A stretch of 64,000 bases of DNA from Macrostomum lignano. Taxonomy: Eukaryota. The notes under the pieces were generated by a model. It worked only from the letters and a program-made list of their open reading frames with translations. It ran no database searches and was not told the origin of the DNA. Both the position numbers and the translations under genes were made by a program. The stretch spans positions 36,106 to 100,105 of the forward strand of contig NIVC01000794.1 of the NCBI GenBank assembly GCA_002269645.1, given 5' to 3'. Positions within the stretch are counted from its first letter, which is position 1. Each line of letters begins with the position of its first letter. Shown one piece after another: positions 1 through 12,744 of the stretch.

Positions 1-750
1 GTAAGTACTCAAATATATTTCTGAGTAAACTCCAACCCGTGTGAAATAGATCTTACGTTAATGCATAAAGTCCCGGTCCCGTTAATTTATACTACTGTAA
101 TAATTTTACACTATAGTAGTATCGAAGTTGAGACTAAAACAGATCGGAATAATAAAAATAGTTGGTGTTAATTTCTCTACGTCTCTTCCCCCAATTGCTT
201 GGTGGTATCCTATCTTTTTAATTTTCAATGGCCGTTAATCAGTAAAATAAAATAAAAGCTTATTTATGCTTAACGTTTCAAACAAAACTATAATTTGCTT
301 GTGTGTTTATCTTAGCTTTTTCAGCGTGTTTCGAACTTCTTTGATATCATTTTTAAGCGGCACATCTCTTCTTTCCAATGAGTTCAGTCCCGTGTATTTT
401 GGTCATTTCTTTCAAACGTTATGCCACTGATAGTCTTACAGTAAAAGTTTAAAAGAAATATAAAAAGCGATGTTTTGTCCTCAAAGAAACGAATTGTAGT
501 CATTCATCATCACCATCAACTTTCAATGCAGCCTTCTCAACATAGTCTTCACCTGTAGCAACACACTTCTCATCTCTTGAGCATTTCATACCTTTTGACT
601 TCTTTCGATTTCACACTCATGATGGTTAAGCATGACTAAGCAAAATTTCGCAAGGTACAAAACAGTGAAATTTGCGTACAAGTGACATGACAGAGTTGAT
701 AAAATACTCAACACAGAAGGGGGTGGACAGTAAGAGAGGGATGTACTGTA

Positions 751-793
751 CACTGGCGCATAGAGTGGCGACTTTTCAATGTTGCTGAGTATA
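751..793 (-). mobile_element. Terminus of a TA-TSD DNA transposon, same family as the MITE in the 5S/SL spacer
   Basis: cactggcgcatagagtggcgacttttcaatgttgctgagta+ta is the exact reverse complement of the first 41 bp of the spacer MITE (tactcagcaacattgaaaagtcgccactctatgcgccagtg). The interior upstream differs and the partner end is not found in the window. Confidence 0.75.
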
Positions 794-1033
794 CCTCGTG
801 CTTGCAGCTGCTACTGTTTTTGCCCTGGTATTAAGGGTCAGAACTTTACGGATACCCCTCGTAGAAAATAATTTGCAAAAGTCCATGCGTAAATAGGAAT
901 TTTTATGCTGAAAAAGTTTAACGCTTCATTCTCCGTAATATATCCGCCTCCTAAAATTTTCCAAGAAACGTAGTTTCGCATTCCATTTGAGTAGTTGTGC
1001 TTGTACTGTACATGAAGATTTGGGTACATGCTA

Positions 1034-1412
1034 GGCTTAAAAAGGCCGAACCCATCAGTACATGCATAGCCATGATTGCAGAGATGCTAAAATCGTAGCT
1101 TATTAGAGAGTACGATCCTTATATTCACTTTCGTTATACGATGCCCTCAATGGAGAATTTGTTAACAATGCCATGCTGCCATGGCTGGAAAGAAATGAGT
1201 GTGACGGTATTAATTAACAAATAGTCCCTCATTTTCATTTCCCCACCCCTCTCACTTTCGTTTTACGATGCATTCTTTACAAATTCTCCATTCAGGGCAT
1301 CGTATAGTATAACGAAAGTGAATATAAGGATCGTGCTCTCTAGTAAGCTACGATTTTAGCATCTCTGCAATCATGGCTATACATGTACTGATGGGTTCGG
1401 CCTTTTTAAGCC
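1034..1412. mobile_element. Foldback-type MITE with ~135-bp inverted arms
   Basis: ggcttaaaaaggccgaacccatcagtacatg... at 1034 pairs with ...catgtactgatgggttcggcctttttaagcc ending at 1412. Arms continue ~135 bp with few mismatches. Flanked by TA (or CTAG) on both sides. Confidence 0.85.
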
Positions 1413-2742
1413 TAGCTTCGGGCCTCAGAATTCAGAAATGAATCACTTAGAACTCTGGCCTCACTCCTGTCAGATGGTCAGCCATCTGACCAGATGGTAG
1501 CTAGATTGTGGGCGAGCAGCAAGGTCCTATAGCTTGGAGAGGACAGCGAGAGACAAGCAGGGAGAATTTGAAAGGTAGAGATTAGCTAATCCGCAGATTA
1601 ACTAACCCGCTGCCACCAGTCCGTGCGCCCCGGCTCACCAAACCGGAGCTATCGAAATCGGACTTCTGACTAGAGGGGCACTGCACTTACCTGCCATCTA
1701 GTGCCTTTTAGCTGTCTATCTCGAAGTCATAGCCGAATAGAAGGGACGCTACTGGGACTAAGATCGCATTGGCCATGCAGAGACAGAGAGGACTTCTGCA
1801 GGGGGTTCTTGCGCTGGCGAGCCTTCATACACTACTAAATGTACTATTTCATTACCAAATTCCCAGAAGTACATGTATAAGTACACGTGACTGCACGCTT
1901 TTGGCACTAAATGTGTTAACACGTCGACAGATAGCGATGATGTAGATGTATTGTTACTTTTGGAGACCTTCAGACTAATACTTATTTCGTTTTAGCCGCT
2001 TAGCTGCTTGAGACCGCGCGAAAGCGCCAGTCTGGCACTTAATTTGCATGCTTAACATATGATTTCTTAGATCGACTGATTGACTGGGAACTGTGCCGCT
2101 TCCGGTCCACCGTGACCTCTGCCTCTAGATTTAGCCGCTCATCTCAGCTGGCATTGCGAAAAAGAATGAAAACGCTAAGTCTTTGACGTCCAGATTTAAC
2201 TTTCTCACTTAATCCGCAATCCTAAACACTTTAGATTGAGTTAGAGCAAATGGCTACTTTTAATATTAACTGACACTGCTGCCTCGAGATTGGCACACAA
2301 AAAGCAAGTAAGCAAAAGTGCAACTCCTATCAGACTACCTAGGAAGGGGTCAGACAAAGGGTGCACCCAGTTGAGCAGGTCAAGAGAGCCTCTCACCAAA
2401 CCAATCAGAGGACCTATCTGCCGGTAGCCAAGGGATCCGCAGCTAGACCGAAGCGCTCAGATGGGATGCTGCTGCTGATCTTAACTGACGAGTGCCGCCG
2501 TTACTCTTCACTTGCCGGTTGCTGTTGCTGCTCTTAGATCACTGCCGGGAGATATCGCGATGATGCTTCTCAGGGGGAACTTAGCTGCTGAAGCCGAAGC
2601 TGCCGGGGGAAGGGGGACCAGATGCCAAAGGGGCAGCCGGAACAAGACACCAGCAAGTCCATAAACACCCGAAGGGTCGGGAAAGCAGAAGGTCCCAGGG
2701 TGTCCGAGGACGCTTTACTCGAGCGCGGGTCGAGTTGCCGCC

Positions 2743-2874
2743 TTTTATAGCTCTCACGCGGCCGATTTGTTATAACGCACGCCGAATTTTCCGATTGGCT
2801 GAGAGCTTTTGTTAAAATAGGCGCCGAATTTTCTGATTGGTCGAGCCGGGGGCAGTCAGGTCGACTCTGATTGG
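2743..2874 (-). promoter_or_regulatory. Orphan Pol II-like promoter module (three CCAAT boxes plus TATA), possibly an LTR U3 region
   Basis: ATTGG on + at 2794, 2836 and 2870 (CCAAT on -), followed on - by TATAAAA at 2749-2743. No recognisable CDS downstream. Confidence 0.35.
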
Positions 2875-5815
2875 CTGAGCTCAAGACCCCAAAACCTACC
2901 CCACCAGGTGGCCTTCAGACCCCAGGGAAGTTGACAGGTGCGGTCATAAATCATAAGCAAAACATAATAAAAGTCACTTGTCTAGACATCCTGGCGCCAA
3001 AAGTGACAGCAAAACGCCCATAAATCAAGGAGAAAGCAACAGAGCGAGTGGGGAGAAAGCTGGAAAGACCTCTTTGACCCAGACAGGCTGGAGCCAAAGT
3101 GACAGCTAGACGGCCATAAATCGCTGAGAACAGTAAAAAAGCCTCAAATCTGGGGGTCAAAACGAGGTTGAAAACGTTCCTCCCAGACCTCCCAGACTTT
3201 GTCGCCTGTCTAGACTGTTGGAGGTCAATCCATTTCAAACCCAGACAGTCTGACCTTCAAAGGTGCGTAAAAAAACATTGAGTTTCTAACATAACTAATA
3301 GTAATGGCATAAATTAGTATAGAACTTAGCCTAGATGAGAGATGGAGAGGAATTCCTAAGCTAGCCTACTGACAGTAGGGGAAAAGCGCATCGAAGCAAA
3401 ATGTGCGGTTCTAAGATTGAAAAAAGGTGCGTCCTCATCAGTACGTCTATTTCAATTCTCACTATTTTCCATTGGGTATAGCGAAATTGACGCAAAATGC
3501 GAGTATCGTAAAACGAAAGAATGCCAATTTTGTGATGCAAAAAGTCATTTTTCCTATCTTCGCGCGGTGCATTTTTTCCAGGAAATCGACCAAAAAAATG
3601 GTTCCTATAGTCATTTCGTCATCGGGGTGTCTGGGGTGACCACCGCGACTACTAGGGTCACTTCGTCATCTTAATTAGCATATATGCACTACCTGAAGAG
3701 AGTCATTTCGTCATCCACCAATAGTTCCAACTTCCAAGTGAATTAATGTGGCAATTAATTAAACATTTACGAGTACTAGGAATCCTAATGAATTCCTAGT
3801 CATTTTGTCATCTCGATTGATAAAACCTGTCGATCGATCGGTTCTGCTTGCCGCAGCTTAGTTAATAAAAACAAAAAATCTAATTTACACTAATTCGAAT
3901 CTAACACTGACCCCAATGGACTTCGTAATTGCTGCACTTTCCCATGGAATTAGTGTTAGTGTTAGTTAGTTACATGTTAGTTACAAATTACAATGGTGCT
4001 TAAAATGACGCCATTAAGTTGGTGAAATGTACATGTACTATTGTGTGGGGCGAACATTGATGGAGTTAGAAAGTCAAGTGTCTTCCAGAGACCAGAGTGG
4101 AAGACGAAGTATAAATTACATTTACATCACGTTATAAAGTGGCTGGAAAAGCAATCGATTATAGAACAGGTCGGTTATAAGGGCCAGAATTGGGGCCCAG
4201 TAAAAACTGAAGGGGCAACATCATATCGAATTAAGTTTTTTAATTATTGTAAAAGCAAATTTTCTCCGAAAAGTAAAAATGACATCCAAGAATTAGCGAG
4301 GCAACGTGATCAGCTGACAAGTTAAACTGCAAGTTTACAGGTGCTTTTTGGCCGCTCGGCTTCTCGAGTCCGGTTGGCAACTCGTACCAGCTTATTATTT
4401 ATTCCTGGAACTTCTGGTCCTGCTCGAACTTCGTTGTACTCCAAAAGTGTTTCCTCTATTGCAGCTGCAGTAGTAATAAAGGGACTATTATTATGCCAAC
4501 TTAAGCTCATAAAGTAGAGGTCCCTAATCCCTTTGCTTATTCTGCCCTATCCTAAGTCAAATTTTCATCGCTTTGTTGCCAAATCCAGCTTCCTACTATA
4601 GTGTCATGGTGATGAGCAGAAGACATCATTTGTGTACATAGGTTACACGGGCTCCATGCACTACTAGCCCCAGCTTTGAGCTTAAGTTGATCCAGGCCGT
4701 TTGATTCTTTTGTCGTGTAATTTGGTGGCTCATTTGATGAGTGTGAATGAGCCTTAATGTGTAAATTAAATGCAATAAATGCACCATATTTTAAATTGTT
4801 TCTATGTAGGATCTTTGGCAGTCCAGTAGTATACAGACCAGTGTTCAACTACCAGCTTAAGCAAACATTAGAGATAATTCAAGCCTGCAAAAGCTGAAAA
4901 CTAAGTAAAGAGATTTTCATTGTTTCTCTTACAGCTCTTTAGCAATTAAAAATTATTAATTCGATTTCATACAACACGTATGCAGTCAAAATTCAGACCT
5001 GTAAGCTGGTACCAAAAAATGTTTTTCCTATCATGATGTACGTGTACGGGTTACTTTGTTATTTTATGTATATTTGCTGTGTTTTACTGTTGTTTAAGCT
5101 TATTTACTTCTACATGTAGCAAAATCATATATACTAAAAATTAAGTGTACTAAAGGTGATACCAGACATGGACATTCTAGCAGTGCAGGCTATTAAGGTT
5201 TTGGGCTTGGCCTATGTATTAAATATTTATATTGTATACATGAAACTAGTAAAAGAGTGTATTATTGCACATTCAAGTTGATAAAAATTTGCGATTTTTT
5301 TTCATTTAATTGTCATCAAAAATATTTCATCCGTCAAGCCGTCCACATAAAAATTAGTATACGTCTTCTGTACAGTGTTACAAGTATTGATGTACTAAAA
5401 CAGTATTGGCCTATAACATTTTCATATACCCTGCAGAAAGTGGTATTTAAAAAAACATCTTAAAATTATTCCATTTCATTATTAACTAGAAGGCCAACGT
5501 AAAATTACAATCATATTTCAAAACTTTCTAGTCTCATATTTTCCGGCATCGTTAATTTTAACGACAATCGTGAAAGTTCGTGAACAAGTTTGCTGTTCCT
5601 CACCTAAATTTGAATTACTATCGCTCTTGTCTGAATGGATTTCTTACTGCAGATATCCTGAAGTAAGTCTTTCAATTTGTGAATTGTAAGTAAAGTATTT
5701 TTATTACTGCTATCATATTTGTTGAATTTGTTCCAAATTATTATTTCTTGCTTTTAATTCAGTTCCTTTTATTTATTCCTAAACTAAGGTAGTTTAACAA
5801 CAGCATTGAATCAGA

Positions 5816-8714
5816 ATGGCGCCGTCTCCGAAAATTCACGTCAACATCGTGGTCATTGGCCATGTCGACTCTGGAAAGTCTACTTCCACTGGCCATCTGA
5901 TCTACAAGTGCGGTGGCATTGACAAGAGAACTATCGAGAAGTACGAGAAGGAGGCACAGGAGCTTGGCAAAGGCTCGTTCAAGTACGCATGGGTGCTCGA
6001 CAAGCTGAAGGCCGAGCGTGAGCGCGGTATCACCATTGACATTGCTCTGTGGAAGTTCGAGACTGAGAAGTACTACGTCACTGTCATCGACGCCCCTGGC
6101 CACAGGGACTTTATCAAGAACATGATCACCGGTACCTCTCAGGCCGACTGCGCCGTGCTGATCATTGCTGCTGGTGTTGGCGAGTTCGAGGCCGGTATCT
6201 CGAAGAACGGTCAGACCCGCGAGCACGCTCTGCTGGCTTACACCCTCGGTGTAAAGCAGATGATCATCGGCGTGAACAAGATGGACTCGACCGAGCCGCC
6301 GTACTCCGAGGCCCGCTACAACGAAATCAAGAAGGAAGTGTCCGCCTACATCAAGAAGGTCGGCTACAACCCGGATGCAGTCGCTTTTGTGCCCATCTCT
6401 GGCTGGCACGGAGACAACATGATCGAGGAGAGCAACAACATGTCCTGGTTCAAAGGATGGAGCATCAAGCGCAAGCTGCCCGGCAAGAAGGAGGAGACCA
6501 CCACCGAGGGCAAGACCCTGATCGAAGCTCTGGACGCGATCATTCCGCCAGAGCGACCCACCGACAAGCCGCTGCGTCTGCCGCTACAGGACGTGTACAA
6601 GATCGGCGGTATCGGTACCGTTCCGGTCGGTCGCGTCGAGACTGGCATCTTGAAGCCCGGCATGGTCGTGACCTTCGCACCACAGATTCTCTCGACTGAG
6701 GTCAAGTCCGTCGAAATGCACCACGAGCAGCTGGCCGAGGCTGTACCTGGTGACAACGTAGGCTTCAATGTGAAGAACGTTTCTGTGAAGGACATCCGTC
6801 GTGGCAACGTGTGCGGTGACTCCAAGAACGACCCGCCTAAGGAGACTGGAGACTTTATTGCTCAGGTGATTATTCCGATGATTTTATATTTTTTCGTTTC
6901 GATTGCAACATTTATTATCACCACACTTAAAGACACGGCGGCCGTGAGGTTAGAGCTTATAGACACGGCAGCCGTATCCGTACTATATAGAATGCGTCTC
7001 ACACTAGAGACAGCAGCCGTTCTTACTATTGAATGAGTTCACTTTCAAAGACGCGGAGGTAGGCCGTGTTCCTAATATAGAATCCATTTGACATTAAAAA
7101 GACAGCGGTGGTCTCTATTGTCAAAATTTAAAGCAACGGTACCATGTGTTTTTACACAGCGGACGTGCCTATAAGCTCCAACATTATAGTCATAGACACG
7201 GAAGCCGTTTCTATAAGTAGTCAAGTAAAGTATGTTATTTTATTATTAAATAAAATTAAAAATGACTTAAAAACTTAAAACTTGTATTATCGGCTAGGTA
7301 TATTCGGTGATTATACCTACCGAGAAACCATTTTTAGTATAATGGATACCATTATACTTCCTAATTATAGCTATAATCAATTATATTATTTGATTTCCTT
7401 TTTAAAACTTGGGGTCTGGCTAGTTGATTTGACCAGTTAACCTGGTCTGATCCTAGCCTTTGCAGTTTTTTTGCTTAGTATAAGTAATTCCATATATTAA
7501 GCAACTCTGCAGACTCCTAAATTATTGCAGCTGCAGTATCTATTTGCTGCGCTCAGGCCTGTATATTCCTTTTCCTCTTTAGCCTTATATGGGCTATGAA
7601 TAGTTGGATAAACCATGCAGGTCACAGCTCACAAATCATTGGATGTTTACTGAAGAATGCGAGGGTAGGGGGCAGATGTCTACTGAAGGATAGGAGGAAT
7701 CATACTGCGTGTTTTAATACCCCATTTACAAAATTAGGTTTTAAATTAGTGTTCCGCCGTAGCAACGGCTACAGGATCCTACTGAAAATATGGTAAAATT
7801 GGTGTCTGCCTAAGGCAGCTACGGATACGCCTACCGTAGACAGCTGCCCTTATAGCTACGTAATATGGTAGTTGCAGTCACATTCCGTAGATTTCCGTAG
7901 CTGCAGTTGTAAATATAAAAAATTATAAAATATATATCAACACTAAAACAGAGAGTAAAACAAACACTGGTAAACTGTATCATGTAATTCAAAATTTATT
8001 AGTTATACCTAATACAGTGCAGCAAAACACGAGAAAAAGCTCCATCTATATACTACTAAGTGATTTTCAGTAGTAGAATAGATAAAATGTAATCTTACGA
8101 AGGCAATCGAGTGTTTCAGTTTCTACCTTAATTTGCAGTCATTTAAGTACCAGTATGTCTTCCTCATTAAGGGTATTTTATTTCACCAGACAATCGAAAC
8201 TATGGCTACGGGAATATAGTAATATTGGGGTCCCTACGGCCACGGAATAGCGAAAACTGGAATAAGCCGTAGTTTTTCTTACTACCCCCTAAGCCCGAAT
8301 TTTGTTTGTTCTGTATATCACAAGTATTAAAACTATTTCTTTGCAACTCCGCAGGTCATCGTGCTGAACCACCCCGGTCAGATCCAGCCCGGCTACGCTC
8401 CCGTGCTCGACTGCCACACCGCTCACATCGCCTGCAAGTTCAGCGAGTTCCTCAAGAAGATCGACAGGCGCAGCGGCAAGGAGCTCGAGGACTCTCCGAA
8501 GATCCTGAAGAGCGGCGACGCCGCCATGATCAAACTGATCCCCTCCAAGGCCATGTGCGTGGAGCCCTTCGCCCAGTACCCGCCTCTGGGTCGCTTCGCC
8601 GTGCGCGACATGAAGCAGACCGTGGCCGTGGGCGTCATCAAGGAGGTCAACAAGAAGATCACCGAGGGCAAGGCGACCAAGGCTGCTCAGAAGGCTACTG
8701 GCAAGAAAAAGTGA
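5816..8714 (+). CDS. EEF1A: Elongation factor 1-alpha, copy 1 (469 aa; join 5816..6865,8355..8714)
   Basis: [21 protein letters not shown] and NKMD G-motifs, with C-terminal [13 protein letters not shown] phase-0 intron at AQ|VI (6866-8354); the joined exons give an open frame. Confidence 0.97.
6922..7222. mobile_element. Probable degenerate MITE in the EF1A copy 1 intron
   Basis: Repeated gacacggc(a/g)gccgt motifs. Left end acttaaagacacggcggccgtg resembles the reverse complement of the right end (acttatagaaacggcttccgtg). Confidence 0.4.
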
Positions 8715-11499
8715 ATGACCCGCACCTGTGTAATTCTGGAGGCGTTGCAGTTAACTGAACTATTTGGAATGCTCCATTGTCGATCAATAAAGAATGCAAA
8801 GTTAAAGTTGCGAGACTTGTTTGTTTGGAAATTCCTGTCTCGATTTGTTTAATTTCTTTGTGTTTCAATCTATTTGTTGCTAGTGTTTCCTGACTAGAGA
8901 GTAAAGCCCGAACTTCAAAAATGTGGGCGAGTATAGGCTGCATAATGAAGTAGCCAGTTAATTGCAATGACTTAACAATTCATTTATTCATATTACAAAG
9001 GGGGCGCCAACTGAAAAGTTGAGAGGCTGTACTTACTTTTTAATAACATTGCTTGGTAAGCATTACCTGAAGCAGTTTTTACCACAGACTAAGTGGCTGC
9101 AAAGGAACACTAACTCGTTAAATTAAATTTTTACTCCCTAAATTTGAGCTGTCTTCTGTTCAATTTCAACCAATAACTTGGAATCTCGGTAAAATTCTGA
9201 ATCATCCAATTGTCAGTACTGTAATTATTATTAGTGCCCAAAACGGTACACGTCAACTTTGGGCTAGTATCAGCGAAATGTACTACTGTTAATCCAGAAT
9301 GCAGAATTGTTGATTCCTTTTAGCTAAAGAGAATAATCTGCAATGCAGGTTTTAGCATACTTGTATACAAAATCCTAGCCTGCTGTGCTTGTACAGGATC
9401 GACCGTGGATTTTGCTGAATCATTCTGCAGCGAACTGCTGGTTTTTGGCCCGAAGCTTTAATTTGTTCATTGCTCTGCTGCCCCACTGAGTGAGCGCCCT
9501 TCAACTCCCACTCCCCCTTTCCTAAACCACTCATGCACAACCTTTGCACCGCGGCGCGGCCACGCAAGCTACTGCAGCAGCAAGACTTCATGCCTCTTTC
9601 CATTAGTACAAGACTATAGCTAATGTATAGTCTGCATGTAGTGCAATCAAAGCCATGCAATATTTTCCGTTCAGAAATTTTACACGATATTCACGTGTTT
9701 AATGTGATAATAAGTAAACAACAGTGTTTAAAATTATAATTAACACGTAAATTGTACGTTCATTCTTGCAGAAATCAGTTCCGGCCGAACATTAAGTCAA
9801 GTTTTGAAACTTGTTTTGAAATTTTTACAATTTGTATTGCAAGAGAGATCGAGAGCTGTAAAGATTCTTATTATACTGTTAGCAGAAGAATATTTATGCG
9901 TCACGCGGGTTGAGAGTAATTTGAGTGAGTCAACGCGGGTTCCACGCCCTGGCTGCAGCTGGGTCTGTATAGGCTCAACGCTTTCAGTCAGTATAAGGAA
10001 ACGATTTGTCTGCCAAAGTTAAAATAGACGCGCCATTCTCCTATATTTCTACTACACACACTATATGTAGTAGCGCAAAAAGGATTTTTTATTAAAATAA
10101 AGAATACCAAGCCATTTTTCCGCCCGTCGAACTACCATCTCCCCGATCCTGACAATAATTTTTTGCTGCGCCGGAACGGAGCAACGCAGGCACACGAAAT
10201 TCAAGAACTCGGGCCAACTTTTTGTTGTGCACCTTCTCAAACAAAAATCAAGTCGCCAGCCCTCCGTCAATCAGCACTGCGCCTCAGTACAGCCTTGCCA
10301 AGCCTCCAAATTTCATCAGCACGTCGACCACATGTGTCTGCATCAGCTCTGACTTCATTGGTCACTGGCCTTCACCAAGGCGAAGCTTCTGGACCTTCAA
10401 CAGATACGGCACCATGCAGGAGACTATTATGGACACGCTGTTGCAAAATTCTCTAGTTTCGCCTATCAAGCCTCGACAGCGGGCAAATCTCAACTGCTGG
10501 ACATCCTCAGCTAGTCTCTCAAGCATTCAGTCATCACCCGCGGACGCCGTCGGCGCCTTCTAAACCTACAGGTTAGAAGCTTTATTGTCCATTCATTAAA
10601 TTATTAAATGAATTGCCCATTCATTTTTTCTTTTGTCCCGGCCTCAATTCCTCCAGGCCTACTAACGCGCAGAATCTCAAGGTGCGTCAAATGCAAGTTA
10701 ACCAAAGTGACAAGAAGCTTTACACCTTAGAGAGTATGGCTCTCTGATTTTGCTTTTAGGGACGATCGACACCACTAATTGATTCACCTGCCCCAGTGGC
10801 CAGATGTGCAACCGACAGCTCAGCCGCAGCTATTGCGCGGCGCATCTGAAGGCTGCGTACGGCTGTTCAGTCCAAGGACTCATTGATGGTACCCATTTCC
10901 CATTGACCCATTGAGCTCAGTGTCTTGCTCAATCGGACACAAAAATTATTCCGAGTGGGAACGAGAAAGGAACACCCGACCTTCAATCTTGGACATCTTT
11001 GGCTAGCTTTCAAAGCCGACTGAAAAATTGATGAAACAAGTTCTTTTGAATTTTTTCTGACTTGAAGATAAGTCTTACACCATGCATGTTGTTCTCAATC
11101 TCCAAATTTTTAACAAGGCTTTGGCAAAAATTTTAAGAGATTTGATAAAATCTATATATTCCACAGTTTGTCGCAGTGTTCATGAAGAGTGCTCATCGTG
11201 CCTCTCAGATGGTGTTCCCATCAGCATCAAACGCGAATCATTTCGTCGCTTTTTATTTGAAAGCTTTGAGAGGCTGCTAGGGGGAATTCGATCCGATCTC
11301 CCTGTTCTGTCACTATCCCTTGTTGAACAGGCTAGAGACCTAATAGGGATTCAGTGGTTGCTATGCCCTTCATAAGCCCAGTTAACCAATAGACTTCCCG
11401 TATACCGTATCAATATACTCAAGCCAAGCGTTTGTTCATGTTCATGGTGCTTGACTGGGTGCTGCGGACTTCTCTCCCTTCTAACGACGACGCGGCTTC

Positions 11500-11995
11500 C
11501 TGCTGCAGCAACGCATGAGTCGACGCCAATTCTGGAAAGGCGGCTCAGCGTGCTTGGCTACGCCGACGATATCGGCCTGCTCGATGCTGTCTTCGACGAC
11601 CATCGAGGGCGCCCAACGCCAGCTGGACCGGCTGGTGAGCTTTGCGGCGAGCGTCGGCCTGGTGGTCAACACGCAGAAGACTGTCGTGCTCTGCGTGCCG
11701 GATGATATCGAGGCTGCAATTTTCTGCCGAGGCGCCGACGGACAGGTGATGGAGCTTCCGTGCTGTCAGCAGTTCGTCTGGTGCCTGACGTTCGCGAGGA
11801 CTCGACGTCGCCATGGACTTGCCTGAGCTGCTTTCCGTTCCGTGAGGGTCGTCCTGCAGTCCGAGGCCCTGCCCGATCGCAAGAGGGCGGCGTTGTTCCT
11901 GGCGGTGATCCAGACCGTCCTGGTGTACAACGCCGAGACCTGGACGCTGACAGATTCGCTCGAACAGCTGGTCGATGCGGCGCACGCTGGCCTGA
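11500..11995 (+). pseudogene. Degenerate non-LTR retrotransposon RT fragment (RTE-like)
   Basis: LSVLGYADDIGLL (YADD motif), then frameshifted GLVVNTQKTVV and AVIQTVLVYNAETWTLT, which is typical of RTE-clade C-terminal RT. Several frameshifts. Confidence 0.8.
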
Positions 11996-12744
11996 CAACG
12001 TATTTTGTGGTTGTTGTTGTTTTCGTTGTTGTTCATGTGCCCGATGTTATACTCTTTACCGTCGTCATTTGCACCCATAAAATCTGAAGTGTAAAGTACA
12101 TAAAACATCTGCTCATGTGTGGTTCTTGATAAGAGATTCAAATTTTTTCACGAAATCTACAGCACTCAGTGAATCAATTGCAATTTCGACATTGAATTCG
12201 AGTGCTTGGAGTCAAGTCAGGAGTGCTACTTGCTATTTCGAACTCTGTGCACCTAACAGTTATACTGTTATCTGACCATAGGGGCCCAAGTGCGGCACCT
12301 GGCACAAACCGATGTTGAGCAGAGACAATGGACATCATGTAGTGCAGTGCAAACACAATGTGCAGTGTATGTACATTGTGCAGGTTTGTTATAGTTTTAC
12401 ATATTGTTTGTAGCACAATAAATATTTTTTCATTTAAAAAATATTTTTGAGGCTAGCTGGAAATAACATATTTATAACTAAATTTAATTTTTTGCAGCCT
12501 GCACTCTCAAAACAGTGTTAAGAACGAAAATGGCGAATTCTGCTCGGAGGCTGTGCTCTTCTCAAAAACAAGTTATTTACAAAGACTAAATGCAGTTTTT
12601 TGACTAAATGATATATGAAGCGTGTGATATTTCAGTTGCATAGAACTCTGCACCAACGCCTAAAGGCAAGCTACAAACTGAAAATCCCAGCAATAAATAC
12701 AGATAAAAGCTTTCTTAGAATTTAGATTCTGGATTTCAAGAATC

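Noticed and set aside
1685-1693. ACTTACCTG, the U1 snRNA 5' motif
   Set aside because: No U1 stem-loops or Sm site follow.
6866-6880. Intron of EF1A copy 1 begins with codons reading VII, mimicking the next exon (intron gain by duplication?)
   Set aside because: The AQ|VI intron position is shared with copy 2 and, from recall, with other animals; similarity is only about 9 nt.
7660-8295. Possible second MITE in the EF1A copy 1 intron (scattered ctacgg motifs)
   Set aside because: No convincing TIR pair or TSD.
10160-11000. Possible SWIM zinc-finger or integrase relic (TCPSGQMC...YCAAHL; SDFIGHWP)
   Set aside because: Motifs are short, broken by stops and not co-linear in one frame; cannot be supported without a profile search.
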